A stretch of 63,872 nucleotides of DNA, filler included, from Phoronis australis (lineage: Eukaryota; Animalia; Phoronida): the NCBI GenBank assembly GCA_002633005.1. It is 7 parts of 7 records of this genome, joined end to end, with 100 filler letters (N's around TTAATTAATTAA, not from the genome) between each part and the next. Parts side by side here need not be neighbours in the genome. Positions count along the whole stretch, not along the records: positions 14,667 to 40,207 come from NMRA01001343.1; positions 40,308 to 42,415 come from NMRA01003851.1; positions 42,516 to 43,913 come from NMRA01002070.1; positions 44,014 to 59,316 come from NMRA01000657.1; 3 more parts are not named here. The stretch is one strand, 5' to 3'. Each line of letters starts with the position of its first letter. Positions within the stretch are counted from its first letter, which is position 1. Positions 39,216-50,856 of this stretch are shown here, piece by piece. The notes under the pieces are model-generated. The model ran no database searches. It saw nothing but the letters and a program-made list of their open reading frames with translations, and had not been told where the DNA came from. Both the position numbers and the translations under genes were made by a program.

Positions 39216-39370
39216 AAACATGGTTTCTAGTTTGCAAATTCACTCCAAATGCACACACTATCCAGCCTCCTCAAGACATGCCTGACCACAAGCTATCCCA
39301 TGAGCCTTCACGCAGGAAGTAACTCGCACATGCGCAATGCGTAGTTCGTTTTCGCTGCAAATCCGCTATT

Positions 39371-39799
39371 AGAAGGTGCCAGGTGTGTGGCGAGGGAGTC
39401 ACACGGCGGTATGTAAGCAGTTTGTATGCTCAGGTCACTATCCAGTGGGAGTGTGTCGCGGGACACTTGGGCAAGTGGGACAGTTGTTCCTCTGTCCGTG
39501 AGACGATAATGAGTTCATCCCAGTACGCAGCAATAGTGTGGCATGTTGACTAACTCGTAAACAAAAGGAAACGACGACCGAACTTATCACAACCGAGATA
39601 GGATAATGACTGACTGGGCAGCTCTCACAGTCAGACCATATGAAAATAAATTGTTGCGAAATTCTTGCCTCCCAAAACGTCATTTCCGGAGTAGAGGACG
39701 AGTAATTGTTTAAATTACAAAAAGCAAAAAATATGCCTGGGATAATCAACGAATCTTATTTTTTCTAAAAATGGCATGGAAAAAGGTTGCCTTCGCCTT
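39371..39799 (-). mobile_element. Partial copy of the fold-back THAP element family
   Basis: Diverged reverse complement of about 40875-41310; terminus ggttgccttcgcctt followed by taa. Confidence 0.75.
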
Positions 39800-40307
39800 T
39801 AAGAGCATAAAAAAGCCGACTCTGATGTGACCCTATTTCAAATTCTACAGTTACTGTAGGACACCAGCTGAAGATGATCTCTCTTCGGCAGAGATTTTGG
39901 ATTGTTGGGCTTGTTAGTGTGAATTATTTGAGTATCTCACTACACAATGGTGGTAGTCCTACTGCATGACCATCTCTAAGAATTACTAATTTATAAAAAA
40001 CAATGATGTGAAATCCCACCTCCTCCATCCAAATTACCTGTGAAATGTGAAGATGGTCTTGGGTTTTGTCATACGAAATACTCTCTCGATGTCTTGCAAC
40101 ATACCTTTTTTCAATATGTTGTTACTAACATCAGGGCCCGGTCTCTAATCTTTGTACTCGAAACGAACTCGAAACTATTTTTGGCAATTTCTCTGCTAAA
40201 TTGTGCGNNNNNNNNNNNNNNNNNNNNNNNNNNNNNNNNNNNNNNNNNNNNTTAATTAATTAANNNNNNNNNNNNNNNNNNNNNNNNNNNNNNNNNNNNN
40301 NNNNNNN

Positions 40308-40550
40308 GAAACTCCTGAGGCAGCCTGTACCGATACTAAAATGGCTGCAGGGGTGTGTACCTGTGAAACTCCTGAGGCAGCCTGTACCGATTCGTCATAT
40401 CTGAGCCTAAGAGGGTGCCACTTCGTGCTGGATATAGACCTGGATTTCTTTTCCACTCAAAACCCATTCTTGAGCCAGTATACTTCACATCAGTACTCAA
40501 TGTTGAAACAGTTGTATAAATATGACCCCCCAGCACCTGGAGCTGAGCAG
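40308..40550 (+). CDS. C5orf22: UPF0489 family (C5orf22 homolog) internal exon, 5' part in the gap
   Basis: [16 protein letters not shown] matches the UPF0489 [14 protein letters not shown] motif; ends CAG|gtaagt. Confidence 0.8.
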
Positions 40551-40739
40551 GTAAGTCGTTACACAGTGAGTGTCCTTAGATAATTGCTACTCTGTAGTGC
40601 CTACAGTTTTCAATGATAAAGTATAGGTTCACATTCGTTAGACCTACTGCATGTTTTAATAAGTTTTGACTCCGCAGCTCATTGCAAGTTTTCAATAGTG
40701 AGGAGCTTAGGGAAGTTAAAGATATTCCAAACATTGTAG

Positions 40740-40837
40740 GAATTCACGACACTGAGGAAAAGGCAACTGGATGATCTTGAAACCATATTTTCCAACTTTA
40801 AATCAATCAGCGAATGCCAAGACACTAGAAATGAGAG
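40740..40837 (+). CDS. C5orf22: UPF0489 family (C5orf22 homolog) next exon
   Basis: ttgtag|EFTTLRKRQLDDLETIFSNFKSISECQDTRNE-AG|gtaaat; phase-compatible and similar to the RxxQLEDLE segment of the family. Confidence 0.7.
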
Positions 40838-40874
40838 GTAAATGGCTATTGTGCCATGTGTTTTGCACATTTGA

Positions 40875-42270
40875 AAGGCGAAGGCAACCTTTTTTCATGT
40901 CACTTTTAGCAAAAATAGGGTTCGTTGATTATCCCAGACATATTTTTCACTTATTTACAGCTTTTCGTAATTTAATTAATTACTCGTCGTCTACTCCGGA
41001 AGTGACGTTTTGGGAGGCAAGAATTTCGCGCCAATTTCTTTTCATACAGTCTGACTGTGAGAGCAGTCGAGTCGGTCATTGTTCTACCTCGGTGGTGATA
41101 AGTTCGGTCGTTGTTTGCTTTTGTTTACGAGTCAGTCAACATGCCACGCTGTTGCTGCCTACCGAGATGTACTCATTATCGTCTAACGTACAGAGGAAGA
41201 ACTGTCAAACTTGCCCGCGACACATTCTCAGTGGATGGTGACTTGAAAACCCAAACTGCTTACAAAGTACCGCCGTTCGACTCCCTTGTCACACACGTGG
41301 TACCTTCTAAATAGCTTCAATACAAGTCCACAATAAACTTACGCTCAGCTATCTGTTCATTGGATGACGAACTGTACTTTTCACTGGGTGCCAAACTGGG
41401 CCTGTATTCACTCCCACTACTCAACATCGCTGCAGGGCTGCTTACAGGCTCTGGGCTAGATACAACAGCACACGGGGAATCACTGCTAGTTCCTGGAATT
41501 GCACGCTATGGGGTACGTTCGGAGGCATGAGTGACAGAAGGTGAAGTGCCTCCAGTCACTGTTTATAGTGGCCACAGCTCGCGAGGCTTCTGGCTTCAAA
41601 AACGCACTTCTCGGGGGTGNAGGCATGAGTGACAGAAGGTGAAGTGCCTCCAGTCACTGCTGGCCACAGCTCGCGAGGCTTCTGGCTTCAAAAACGCACT
41701 TCTCGGGGGTGGCGACGGGGCACTGACCGGCCAGGAATCAGCAGCGACGGTATGGAACCCTTCTTCAGGCGTTGTTTCGCAGGGACCTTCATCAATTCGG
41801 CGTACATGTCTCTGTCGCAATCTGACGGCTGAAAATGCTTGCCACTGCTTTGTACGTTGCGTGAGCGGGTAGCGCTGCGTTCTTCACACGAACGAGCTAT
41901 CCAAGTATGGCAAAGTGTGTCATCCTTTGGAAAGCGATGCAAGGTGCCCAAAGCGAGTGTGGGACGATAATGAATCATCCTGGTACGCAGCAACAGCGTG
42001 GCATGTTGACTGACTCGTAAACAAAAGCAAAGGACGACCGAACTTATCACATCCGAGGTAGAACAATGACAGACTTGACAGATCTCACAGTCTGACTGTA
42101 TGAAAAGAAATTGGCGCGAAATTCTTGCCTCCCAAAACATCACTTCCGGAGTAGAGGACGAGAAATTAATTAAATTACGAAAAGCTGTAATTAAGTGAAA
42201 AATATGTCTGGGATAATCAACAGACCTTATTTTTGCTAAAAGTGACATGAAAAAAGGTTGCCTTCGCCTT
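40875..42270. mobile_element. Fold-back DNA transposon with about 300-bp inverted arms, TGA flanks and a degenerate THAP domain
   Basis: AAGGCGAAGGCAACC...GGTTGCCTTCGCCTT with TGA at 40872-40874 and 42271-42273; minus strand MPRCCCVPG / LHRFPKD..W..KHF..RLKKGSIPS at about 41730-42004. Confidence 0.8.
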
Positions 42271-43652
42271 TGAATACTGTACAAGATTTGCTTGTGAGAT
42301 TGATATGAAAGGATTCAGTATACTGCCAAACTTTGTCACAATGCAAAAGTTGTTATCAAAACTACTAGCTACCATGAGGAACCTAGTTTTACCAGAACAT
42401 AAGTTATGAGTAAAANNNNNNNNNNNNNNNNNNNNNNNNNNNNNNNNNNNNNNNNNNNNTTAATTAATTAANNNNNNNNNNNNNNNNNNNNNNNNNNNNN
42501 NNNNNNNNNNNNNNNGATTTATCAGACTAAACATGGATCTGAATGGCTGACCCCCCACCTTGCCGCTTGTTGGCTGTACAGTGGTCGGTGGATCCGTGGA
42601 CTGATACTTAACATTTGAACGAGCAGATTTTACACGTTGACGCTACACCAGAATATACCTGACGTTGTCTTCACGGAAACCCGTACCCCTGGTAATCCCC
42701 CCAAAAAAATTCCAGCTTCAGTTAGCGTTCCCGTAGACACACAACTGTATGTTCTCACGTATCATTCGGGGTTATGTACCTTAAACTATGACAATGTCTA
42801 CATCGAACAAGTAACAACGTAGGCAATGTGCAGACACAGATAATCTCTCCAGCTAGCCAGTGCATTCTCACTGCATGAATCAATGGAGGTGTTTTACAAG
42901 GCGATTGCTCTCGTTTGTGTGATGTTTTGAAACTTTGTTATACCAGCAAGAAAGAAACCGACTTTCACGAGGAATTCGCCACCCAATATCCGTAGACCTA
43001 CTTCTTGCGAGACTAGCGAAAACTCACAAGACTTCGCGAGATATCGCCATGTATTGCAAAAGCGAAACACGTGGTCACGCTAGGTCCTTAGCTAGATTCT
43101 TGAGTGTACAAAAATCTACCCCGGAATTTGAAATGATGTATCACGCTATACAGTTACATGTACCCCCGAATAACAGACTGCCATGAAAGAGTTGACGGAA
43201 TGATACAAGTCGCAATTCTTTACAAGTACACTAGGACTTCATAGGTAAAACAGGGGTCAAGGTATCTCTGATATAGTTGCCTTGCAACAAAGCCACGGGG
43301 CGTATGTGTAGAACATCCCTAAGTGAGGCGAGTAAACAACCAAAAACTGAAATGTGTGTAGCGTGAGGCTGTCGGAGCCATATTAGTGTGCACTGTAGCT
43401 ACTTTTCAGTGATCATACTGCGCACGCTTCACTGCGAGAAGTGACAAAATTGACCCAACAACGTGTTACCCGTATCGTTTTGTACTTAGTGGGGGCCATT
43501 CCGGAACATCATCGCTACCAGGCCAACTGCGTCAAATGACTTGCTGCCCGCACAGTAAACAACAATTATTGAACAACAATAAGCTGAAATGTGTTTATAG
43601 GAGAACCGGACATTGACTTGCCCTTCAAGATGTTCGTTTCAGGTTCACTTAC

Positions 43653-43854
43653 TTATGAACGGATGGTGACGATTATCTTTGTTGGAGTCGTGGAGATTGT
43701 TTTGATAGACGCGACCTTCAATGGGTCCAGGATCGGAACACTCATTACCGTTTAACGTTAAGTACCATCGCGAGCATAACGACATTTCCCGAGCGTCGCC
43801 TTGGTAGTAGACCCTGAGGTAACTCTGCGATGATTGTTTTACATATACGCCATC
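43653..43854 (-). CDS. CTHRC1-like C-terminal domain exon
   Basis: atttcag|DGVYVKQSSQSYLRVYYQGDAREMSLCSRWYLTLNGNECSDPGPIEGRVYQ...RHHPFI-A|gtaagt; matches CTHRC1 K..S.S.LRV...G...C.RWYFTFNG.ECS.P.PIE; 202 nt, open, absent from the ORF track. Confidence 0.85.
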
Positions 43855-44013
43855 CTGAAATCACAAACGGGAGACTTGTTAGGCTCTGGGTGTAATCTTC
43901 GTACTCGAAATCCNNNNNNNNNNNNNNNNNNNNNNNNNNNNNNNNNNNNNNNNNNNNTTAATTAATTAANNNNNNNNNNNNNNNNNNNNNNNNNNNNNNN
44001 NNNNNNNNNNNNN

Positions 44014-44037
44014 GTGTGTGTGTGTGTGTGTGTGTGT
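44014..44037. repeat. (GT)n microsatellite at a contig edge
   Basis: Seen directly. Confidence 0.95.
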
Positions 44038-47000
44038 TAAAATCAGTTGCATAGTGAGTTAGTCACTGAATGATCCCAGTGCTTAATATGCTTAAGGGGG
44101 TTTTGATCAAAGAATATTTTTATTAGTTAGATAGATACATACCAAGGGAACTTGTGCCATGTGATAAAATGTTATTGTTTACATATGTTTTGGAAAAAAA
44201 TAAATGGTTTAACGAGATACAGGATAACTTTTACATAAACATTTAAAATGTTATAGATTTTGGATTTCCTATATATAGTTAAGGTTAAGAATGGATGCCT
44301 TTATGATGTTCTCTGCACATTTTTGCTTTGATAACACTATCACTGATGGTGTTACTCTATCAAAAATCAAAAATTAAGGGGCAATTTTGACAATAAAATC
44401 ACCCATGAAAATCTTATTTTAAGATGTGGATTTCCGACTCTGTCCCAATTTTTTTACTTCAGGGTGACTTAAAAGGCAGCTGCTGGGTTCCTTATTAATT
44501 CGAGGTTGCCGTGTCTCTTGGGAGGCATTTTTTATTTAGTGCATCTGCATTGAATGAATTTATGTTTTGATTATTTTTGGCAGCTTTCCCAGATTTCCGT
44601 AAAACTTCCAGGCTCAAATTTGGAATTTCTGGGTATTAGAAAAGGCATAAAAATTGGTGCTGTGAAACCTCAGTGTTGTGATACGAATAGATGTTATTGA
44701 AGGTATTTTTTGTGTGCATGACATTTAGTCGAGCACAGAATTACAGACATTATCTTCAGTTTGTATTAAAGTAGGACGGGAAATGTCAAAAATAATTTCG
44801 AGTTGTATTTCAAGTACAGCGATTAGACCCCGAACACAATTCTACAGGGTATCCAAAAGATAACCAAACTTCAAATGATAATACCTCTATTGTTTATTGA
44901 CTTCTAAACAAAGTTACCGGTTTAAATTCATAAATAGGTGACCAAAAATGGAATTTAGGTTTTACGTTACGTAGATTTACCAATTAAATTGACGTCTACG
45001 TACTTTGCTAATGCACAGGCGAGAGCTACATGCCCCAGTCACTGTTATGAGCAACTCTAAGCCAGAGACCCTTGGGCTTAAAATCGTTCAGCGATTATCA
45101 TTCATATTGTGTTCACAGGCGCCAGCATACGTAGTTAATCAAGCATTGTGAATAGGGCCAAAAAATAATAAAGAACTTTGTTTATCAAAATAAACGTGCT
45201 TTTTGGACAAAGCACAAAATGGAATCAAAATTGGTGTTCGAACCATAAAACCAGTAATTTACCTAAACACCATTCAAGAATGAATACACTCACTGGAGAC
45301 AGCTCAAGAGTTATTATATCTGCGGCGAAGGATGTTAAAGTTTTGTCTCCGACGAGATGCCAGCAGTCACTGGTACGGTGCGCGGCTTTAGACGCTCTGC
45401 AGCTGGGTTCAAGATCTTTTGCAGGCCCGACTATCCCCAATTTCCGTACCAAGATGAATTTCTGAGTTCAAGCACTTCAAATTTCAGTCACAATTTCTGT
45501 GTAAGAATCAAAGGCAGCGATATTTTTTTTCACCAATTCATTGTATAAGATGAGCAAGTACATTTCATTTTAATGACATCAGACTCACGCTCGCACCCAC
45601 GCATACCGGGTACACGACCTTTATTTTATTGATAAGTCCCAACCACGATGTGAAGTAAAATAGACATCTCAACAAACGTTTTGAGATAGGGTGTTCCAGA
45701 ATGATCACTGTAGGGGCTCAAACTCATTGTAAGAAATCTTTTTTTCTTAGCCATACAAGAAAGCCTTAAAAACATTAAAGCCGGGAACAGGCTGATCCTT
45801 GCTACATACATATGCAAAATATTGTGTTATAGTTAATGAGGTATTAATCTCATTACAATCAGGACCAAAGTAAGATGTTACAGCGTACGACGCTTAGGTA
45901 AACGCATTTGGCGACCTGGCAAAAATCCCAGGTAGCCAAACGAAATCTAAGGTGACCCCAAAACTGTAATCCCTGTTCGCAAACAATACATAAAAATAAA
46001 CGTCGGACTGCTCATTCTGCTTCAGTCTTTGTTTAATTTTACTCGCAAACCTACGTGCATTCATTATTCCTCACGCCGATGAACCACGAACGACGGAGAC
46101 ATGGAACGCAGACGACCTCATGGACTGGTGGCGCGAATTTTGCCGGATTGTTGCCGAATAATTCCGACTCCTATCTGTTTGCTTCCTGTTGTAATTGAAA
46201 CGAGGGGCAAATGCACTGAATTCGCGAAATAAACTGAAGGAAACAGATCTAAGAAAACAGTAATTTAAATATAGGAAGTCAATACGAACCTTGAAACAAA
46301 TTCAGAGGGAATTATTGTCCGACTTTTACACTTGCACTGGCGACCTTGTGGCGATTTGGAATATTTTCCAGGTCGCCAAACATAATCTGAGGTCACACTG
46401 GCGATCTGCAGGTCGCCAAATCGAGCGATATGTTATTATTGCATCTTCAGATAACATATTTTCTTACATAATCATTTTCATAACATTGTTTGCACATTGG
46501 ACCAAAGTTTCTTTGGTAAAATAGCATTCGAAAAAATGGACAAATGTTTCAGTCTTCCCGCAGTTTCACTTTTCGTCTTCAACAATTTTCAATTTCCGTA
46601 AACAAAACTTATTTAACACTTTTCTATGCAAGTAATAATATTTAAAAGTTCTGATATGAGGTAATAACAACAGTTCAAATGGTTGGGTATATATTTCTAC
46701 AATTTGCTGGCTGGCATATGATTCTACTACGGGCAAAAATATAGATAGCAGTTTTTACAGAAGACGAACGTGCTGAACTTACTTGTTACATTTTTGCAAG
46801 TGATATAGTTTCGTACATTGATATCGCAAATAAACAGTTTAGTTCCTTTTTGAGTATCAAAAGACGTTTTATAAACCTGTTGGCAATTTAATTTTTTTTT
46901 AATTTCAAGTCCTGTTTAATATCACTTATATTTCGCGGTGCACTATCAAAAATCCATAAGATGAATTTAAGAANCTGGTGGCGCGAATTTTGCCCGATTG

Positions 47001-48843
47001 TTGCCGAATAATTCCGACTCCTATCTGTTTGCTTACTGTTGTAATTGAAACGAGGGGCAAATGCACTGAATTCGCGAAATAAACTGAAGGAAACAGATCT
47101 AAGAAAACAGTAATTTAAATATAGGAAGTCAATACGAACCTTGCAACAAATTCAGAGGGAATTATTGTCCGACTTTTACACTTGCACTGGCGACCTTGTG
47201 GCGATTTGGAATATTTTCCAGGTCGCCAAACATAATCTGAGGTCACCCTGGCGATCTGCAGGTCGCCAAATCGAGCGATATGTTAATATTGCATCTTCAG
47301 ATAACATATTTACTTACATAATCATTTTCATAACATTGTTTGCACATTGGACCAAAGTTTTTTTGGTAAAATAGCATTCGAAAAAATGGACAAATGTTTC
47401 AGTCTTCCCGCAAAAGTTTCACTTTTCGTCTTCAACAATTTTCAATTTCCTTAAACAAAACTTATTTAACACTTTTCTATGCAAGCAATAATATTTAAAA
47501 GTTCTGATATGAGGTAGTAACAACATTTCAAATGGTTGGGTATATATTTCTACAATTTGCTGGCTGGCATATGATTCTACTACGGGCAAAAATATAGATA
47601 GCAGTTTTTACAGAAGACGAAGGTGCTGAACTTACTTGTTACATTTTTGCAAGTGATATAGTTTCGTACATTGATATCGCAAATAAACAGTTTAGTTCCT
47701 TTTTGAGTATCAAAAGACGTTTTATAAACCTGTTGGCAATTTAATTTTTTTTTAATTTCAAGTCCTGTTTAATATCACTTATATTTCGCGGTGCACTATC
47801 AAAAATCCATAAGATGAATTTAAGAAGATCAATATGATACAGTAAGAACATCAGTGGGTGAACTTAGTTTGTTTAACTTCATTTCATGAGGCTTAATTAA
47901 AAGATACCTGATGGAGTATCTTGCAGTTACCCGCGAAACGAGAGCACCAGTACTCACTTCAAACATTGTTTCCTGAATACAAAGAATGTTGCAAGAACTT
48001 GACTTCACTTGTTTAGCCTTTGCAAATAAAAGTATCGCATAAGTACGAATCATCAGTCTTCGTCCATACACGCCATACGTTGGCCACTTCACGTGATCTC
48101 CACCCGACCAGGGATCGAACCCGGGTTTTTAAATGTATGTTTGTGCTGAGGTGGTGATAAAATTTGGCCCTCGTTTTGTGCATGCCCCAAGGACATTTTG
48201 TAATGACCGGTGTCCATGACCCTGTGGTTGTGTCACCACCATCCTGGGTATTTTCCACTTTTTCATTACATGGTTTAGCTGCTCCCAGCTCACTGCTGGT
48301 TTCATCTCCATCCATAAATTTCGCACGTGATCCCTATTCAAGGCACTAGAAATGCAGACAATTGTTTTGTGCAGTGGGTGCCTGCACGGTTACACAACTT
48401 AGAAGCGGCCGGAAGAAAATAAGGCAAATCATCATGACCACAACATTGTAATCCATTCTGATGCACTCTCGCATATAAGTATAGAACATTCCATTATTTC
48501 TTAGTGACATGCTAGTACAGGGTTAACTCCCCACTCTCTCACTATAATGGCCAATAGTTACAAGTCAGTTGGTAATCTGTAGAATAGCTCGCAACTTACA
48601 AAACGTATTAACAATGAGTATATCATCACTCATAACTAGTCAAATTTGTAAAATGTCATGACAAAATATTTTAAGAAGTACTGAACAGCAATCAAAATAT
48701 TTAATACCCACACAACTTACTAGCATACACTGCAGACGACAGTGGGACCGGGGTTGCGATCGACTTGTCTTCCAACCGTGAACAGAACAAAGAGATGAAA
48801 GACAATGTATCATGTTATTGAAATAATAACAAATAATCCTTAC

Positions 48844-48941
48844 CTTTCTGGATCCTTAGGAAACGTAAAAAATTACAGTTCTAGTGTTTTCGTGGATGGA
48901 TTTGTGCAATTTCTTGCACTGCAAAAGGCACCCTTCCCTAT
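48844..48941 (-). pseudogene. Decayed first exon of a THAP-domain (transposase-type) gene
   Basis: GKGAFCSARNCTNPSTKTLEL*FFTFPKDPER|gtaag; CxxxxC and FPKD motifs, in-frame TAA, ATA where an ATG would be expected. Confidence 0.7.
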
Positions 48942-50743
48942 TGTTCTCGCGCTTCGTAGGCTACTTGACCGTTGCTTATTCGCAACTTGGCGGCGCTAGT
49001 AGCCGCGATAACAACGAACTAACAAGTGAACACGCCTATTGTACTACAATCCTTGCTGGGACTTGGGTTGCCAGCTCATTCATCAACAATTAGATCGGAT
49101 AAACAGCTTGAGAAAGAGTTTAAACCAAGAGCGCTTTGGTTAAAAAACTCAACAATGTCAGCTACTAAGCAGTGACGAAATGTCCCTTTAAAAGTTATTT
49201 TTGTTCGTGAATTTTATTACTAGCATACATGCATGTCCATGATTTGACCAAATATAATTCCATCATGTGAACGTCAAAGTGAATTATTTTTACCAAATGT
49301 ATTAAGGACAAAATACAATTAAAACACTGAGGACAGCCGCCTGTAGCAACAAACCTTGGCGGTGCCTGCACACGATTTCACGACAGTTGAGCAAAATTTT
49401 GTTTGAAAAAAACGGGTAATAGTCATTCGCAATGATGACCTATTTTGCGCTGAAAAACAGGCAACTCGGGTTCTCAAAATATGGGACCCCTGAATGTGAC
49501 TATTTCCCAAAACGTATCATTTCCGATTACAACCCACTTAGTAACGCGCCAACGGGAGCTATGAATGATGGAAACAGCTGACCGATCTGAAATTCAGACA
49601 CCTCGATGTCAAAAGGTACAGGAGTTGCGCTTCTTCATGTGAAAACAATCCGATTGAGATCACCAGAGCAGAGTTGTTCGCACATAATGGCGTACATACG
49701 GAAGTAAACGTATTCACGTGATGAAGGACCAAAGCCTACTAATAGTCAACGTTGGGACGGTGGTCGTGCTGCGCGTTATCGACTTTCCCTTTCCTGATCA
49801 ACCGGCTCAGACATCTGATGGGTCAGCAAGCTGGGAGTCATCATCGAGAACTAACCAGATGTCCGAGTAGGCCGAACCAGCCAAGTTATAACTGTGAAAC
49901 TGTGTGGTTTGGTCTGGTTCCACTTTCAAAAGTTCAGAGACAAAGTGTGTTTTTCCGATGTTTATTCACAAGTCTATCACCAATATTGAATGGTATGAAC
50001 TTTTAGTAACCAAATCGAGCACTCAGTCTGAAGTATTTTGTGCCTCTGACATGACAGAAGACTTGCAAGCTCTAGCCTAGTCACTTGTTCTTTGGTAAAT
50101 GTGATGCCTCACATACACACGAGCTCTGCAAGTGTTATCTTATGGGCATAGATGACCAGTGGTAACGAGTGCAACTCAACTCTTCTCGACCTGGAGGTAG
50201 CAAAATTCACGGTTGAATGAACTCTGTTCTAACATGTTACGCAGCTAAGAACAGGTCAGAAAAGGAACCAAGACAACATATGCCACAACACAACTTTTTG
50301 AATTACTATAAGTATCACACTGCAACTCACTTAGCACCTGTACAACTTAATGGCATTGGAATAACAAATTTGGAACAAATTTTGATGTCAAATATATAAT
50401 CATTAGCACGACTGCAGAACATGATAGCTAGAGAAACAAGTGCACTGCTGTTGCAGAACATTGTGGGAAAAATGTTGCAGAATGAATCAGAGGTGGCCCT
50501 GTGGCTGTCGTTATTAAATGTGCAGATGATTTTTAAATCATCTGCACATTTAAACCATCCATAAAAGTTCAACAGAATGAGCTCGTGCTTGAAGAACAGA
50601 TAACGGAGAACTGAGGTGTATTTTGATTTACTTTGATGTGTTACAGTAACAATTTCACAGCATTAGTTTCTCTATGACAATACAAATGAATTTTATTCAA
50701 TTGCTTGTGACGTTCACATTTCTCCCAGAACCTTTCATTTTAA

Positions 50744-50856
50744 TCAAAGACCTAACGATTTCCGAACATGTCGATGGGCTATGTCCTCAAACTTTTTACG
50801 ATCATCTCTCCACGTCTTTGCTGCATCCACATTGGCAGCACTCTCGTCATTTGGCT
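50744..50856 (-). CDS. UBE2G2: Ubiquitin-conjugating enzyme E2 G2, last exon
   Basis: EPNDESAANVDAAKTWRDDRKKFEDIAHRHVRKSLGL*; AATAAA on the minus strand at 50692-50697. Confidence 0.95.

Larger units (their letters stand above)
37796..39370 (+). mobile_element. THAP-encoding DNA transposon remnant with perfect 19-bp inverted ends (ISL2EU/Harbinger-like)
   Basis: aatagcggatttgcagcga (37796-37814) is the exact reverse complement of tcgctgcaaatccgctatt (39352-39370); THAP ORF inside. Confidence 0.75.

Noticed and set aside
41523-41710. About 95-bp tandem duplication
   Set aside because: Joined by a single N at 41620; likely the same haplotype-overlap artefact.
46125-47826. About 850-bp near-identical tandem duplication
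   Set aside because: The copies are joined by a single N at 46974 and differ by few SNPs/indels; most likely uncollapsed alleles. Read depth would decide.
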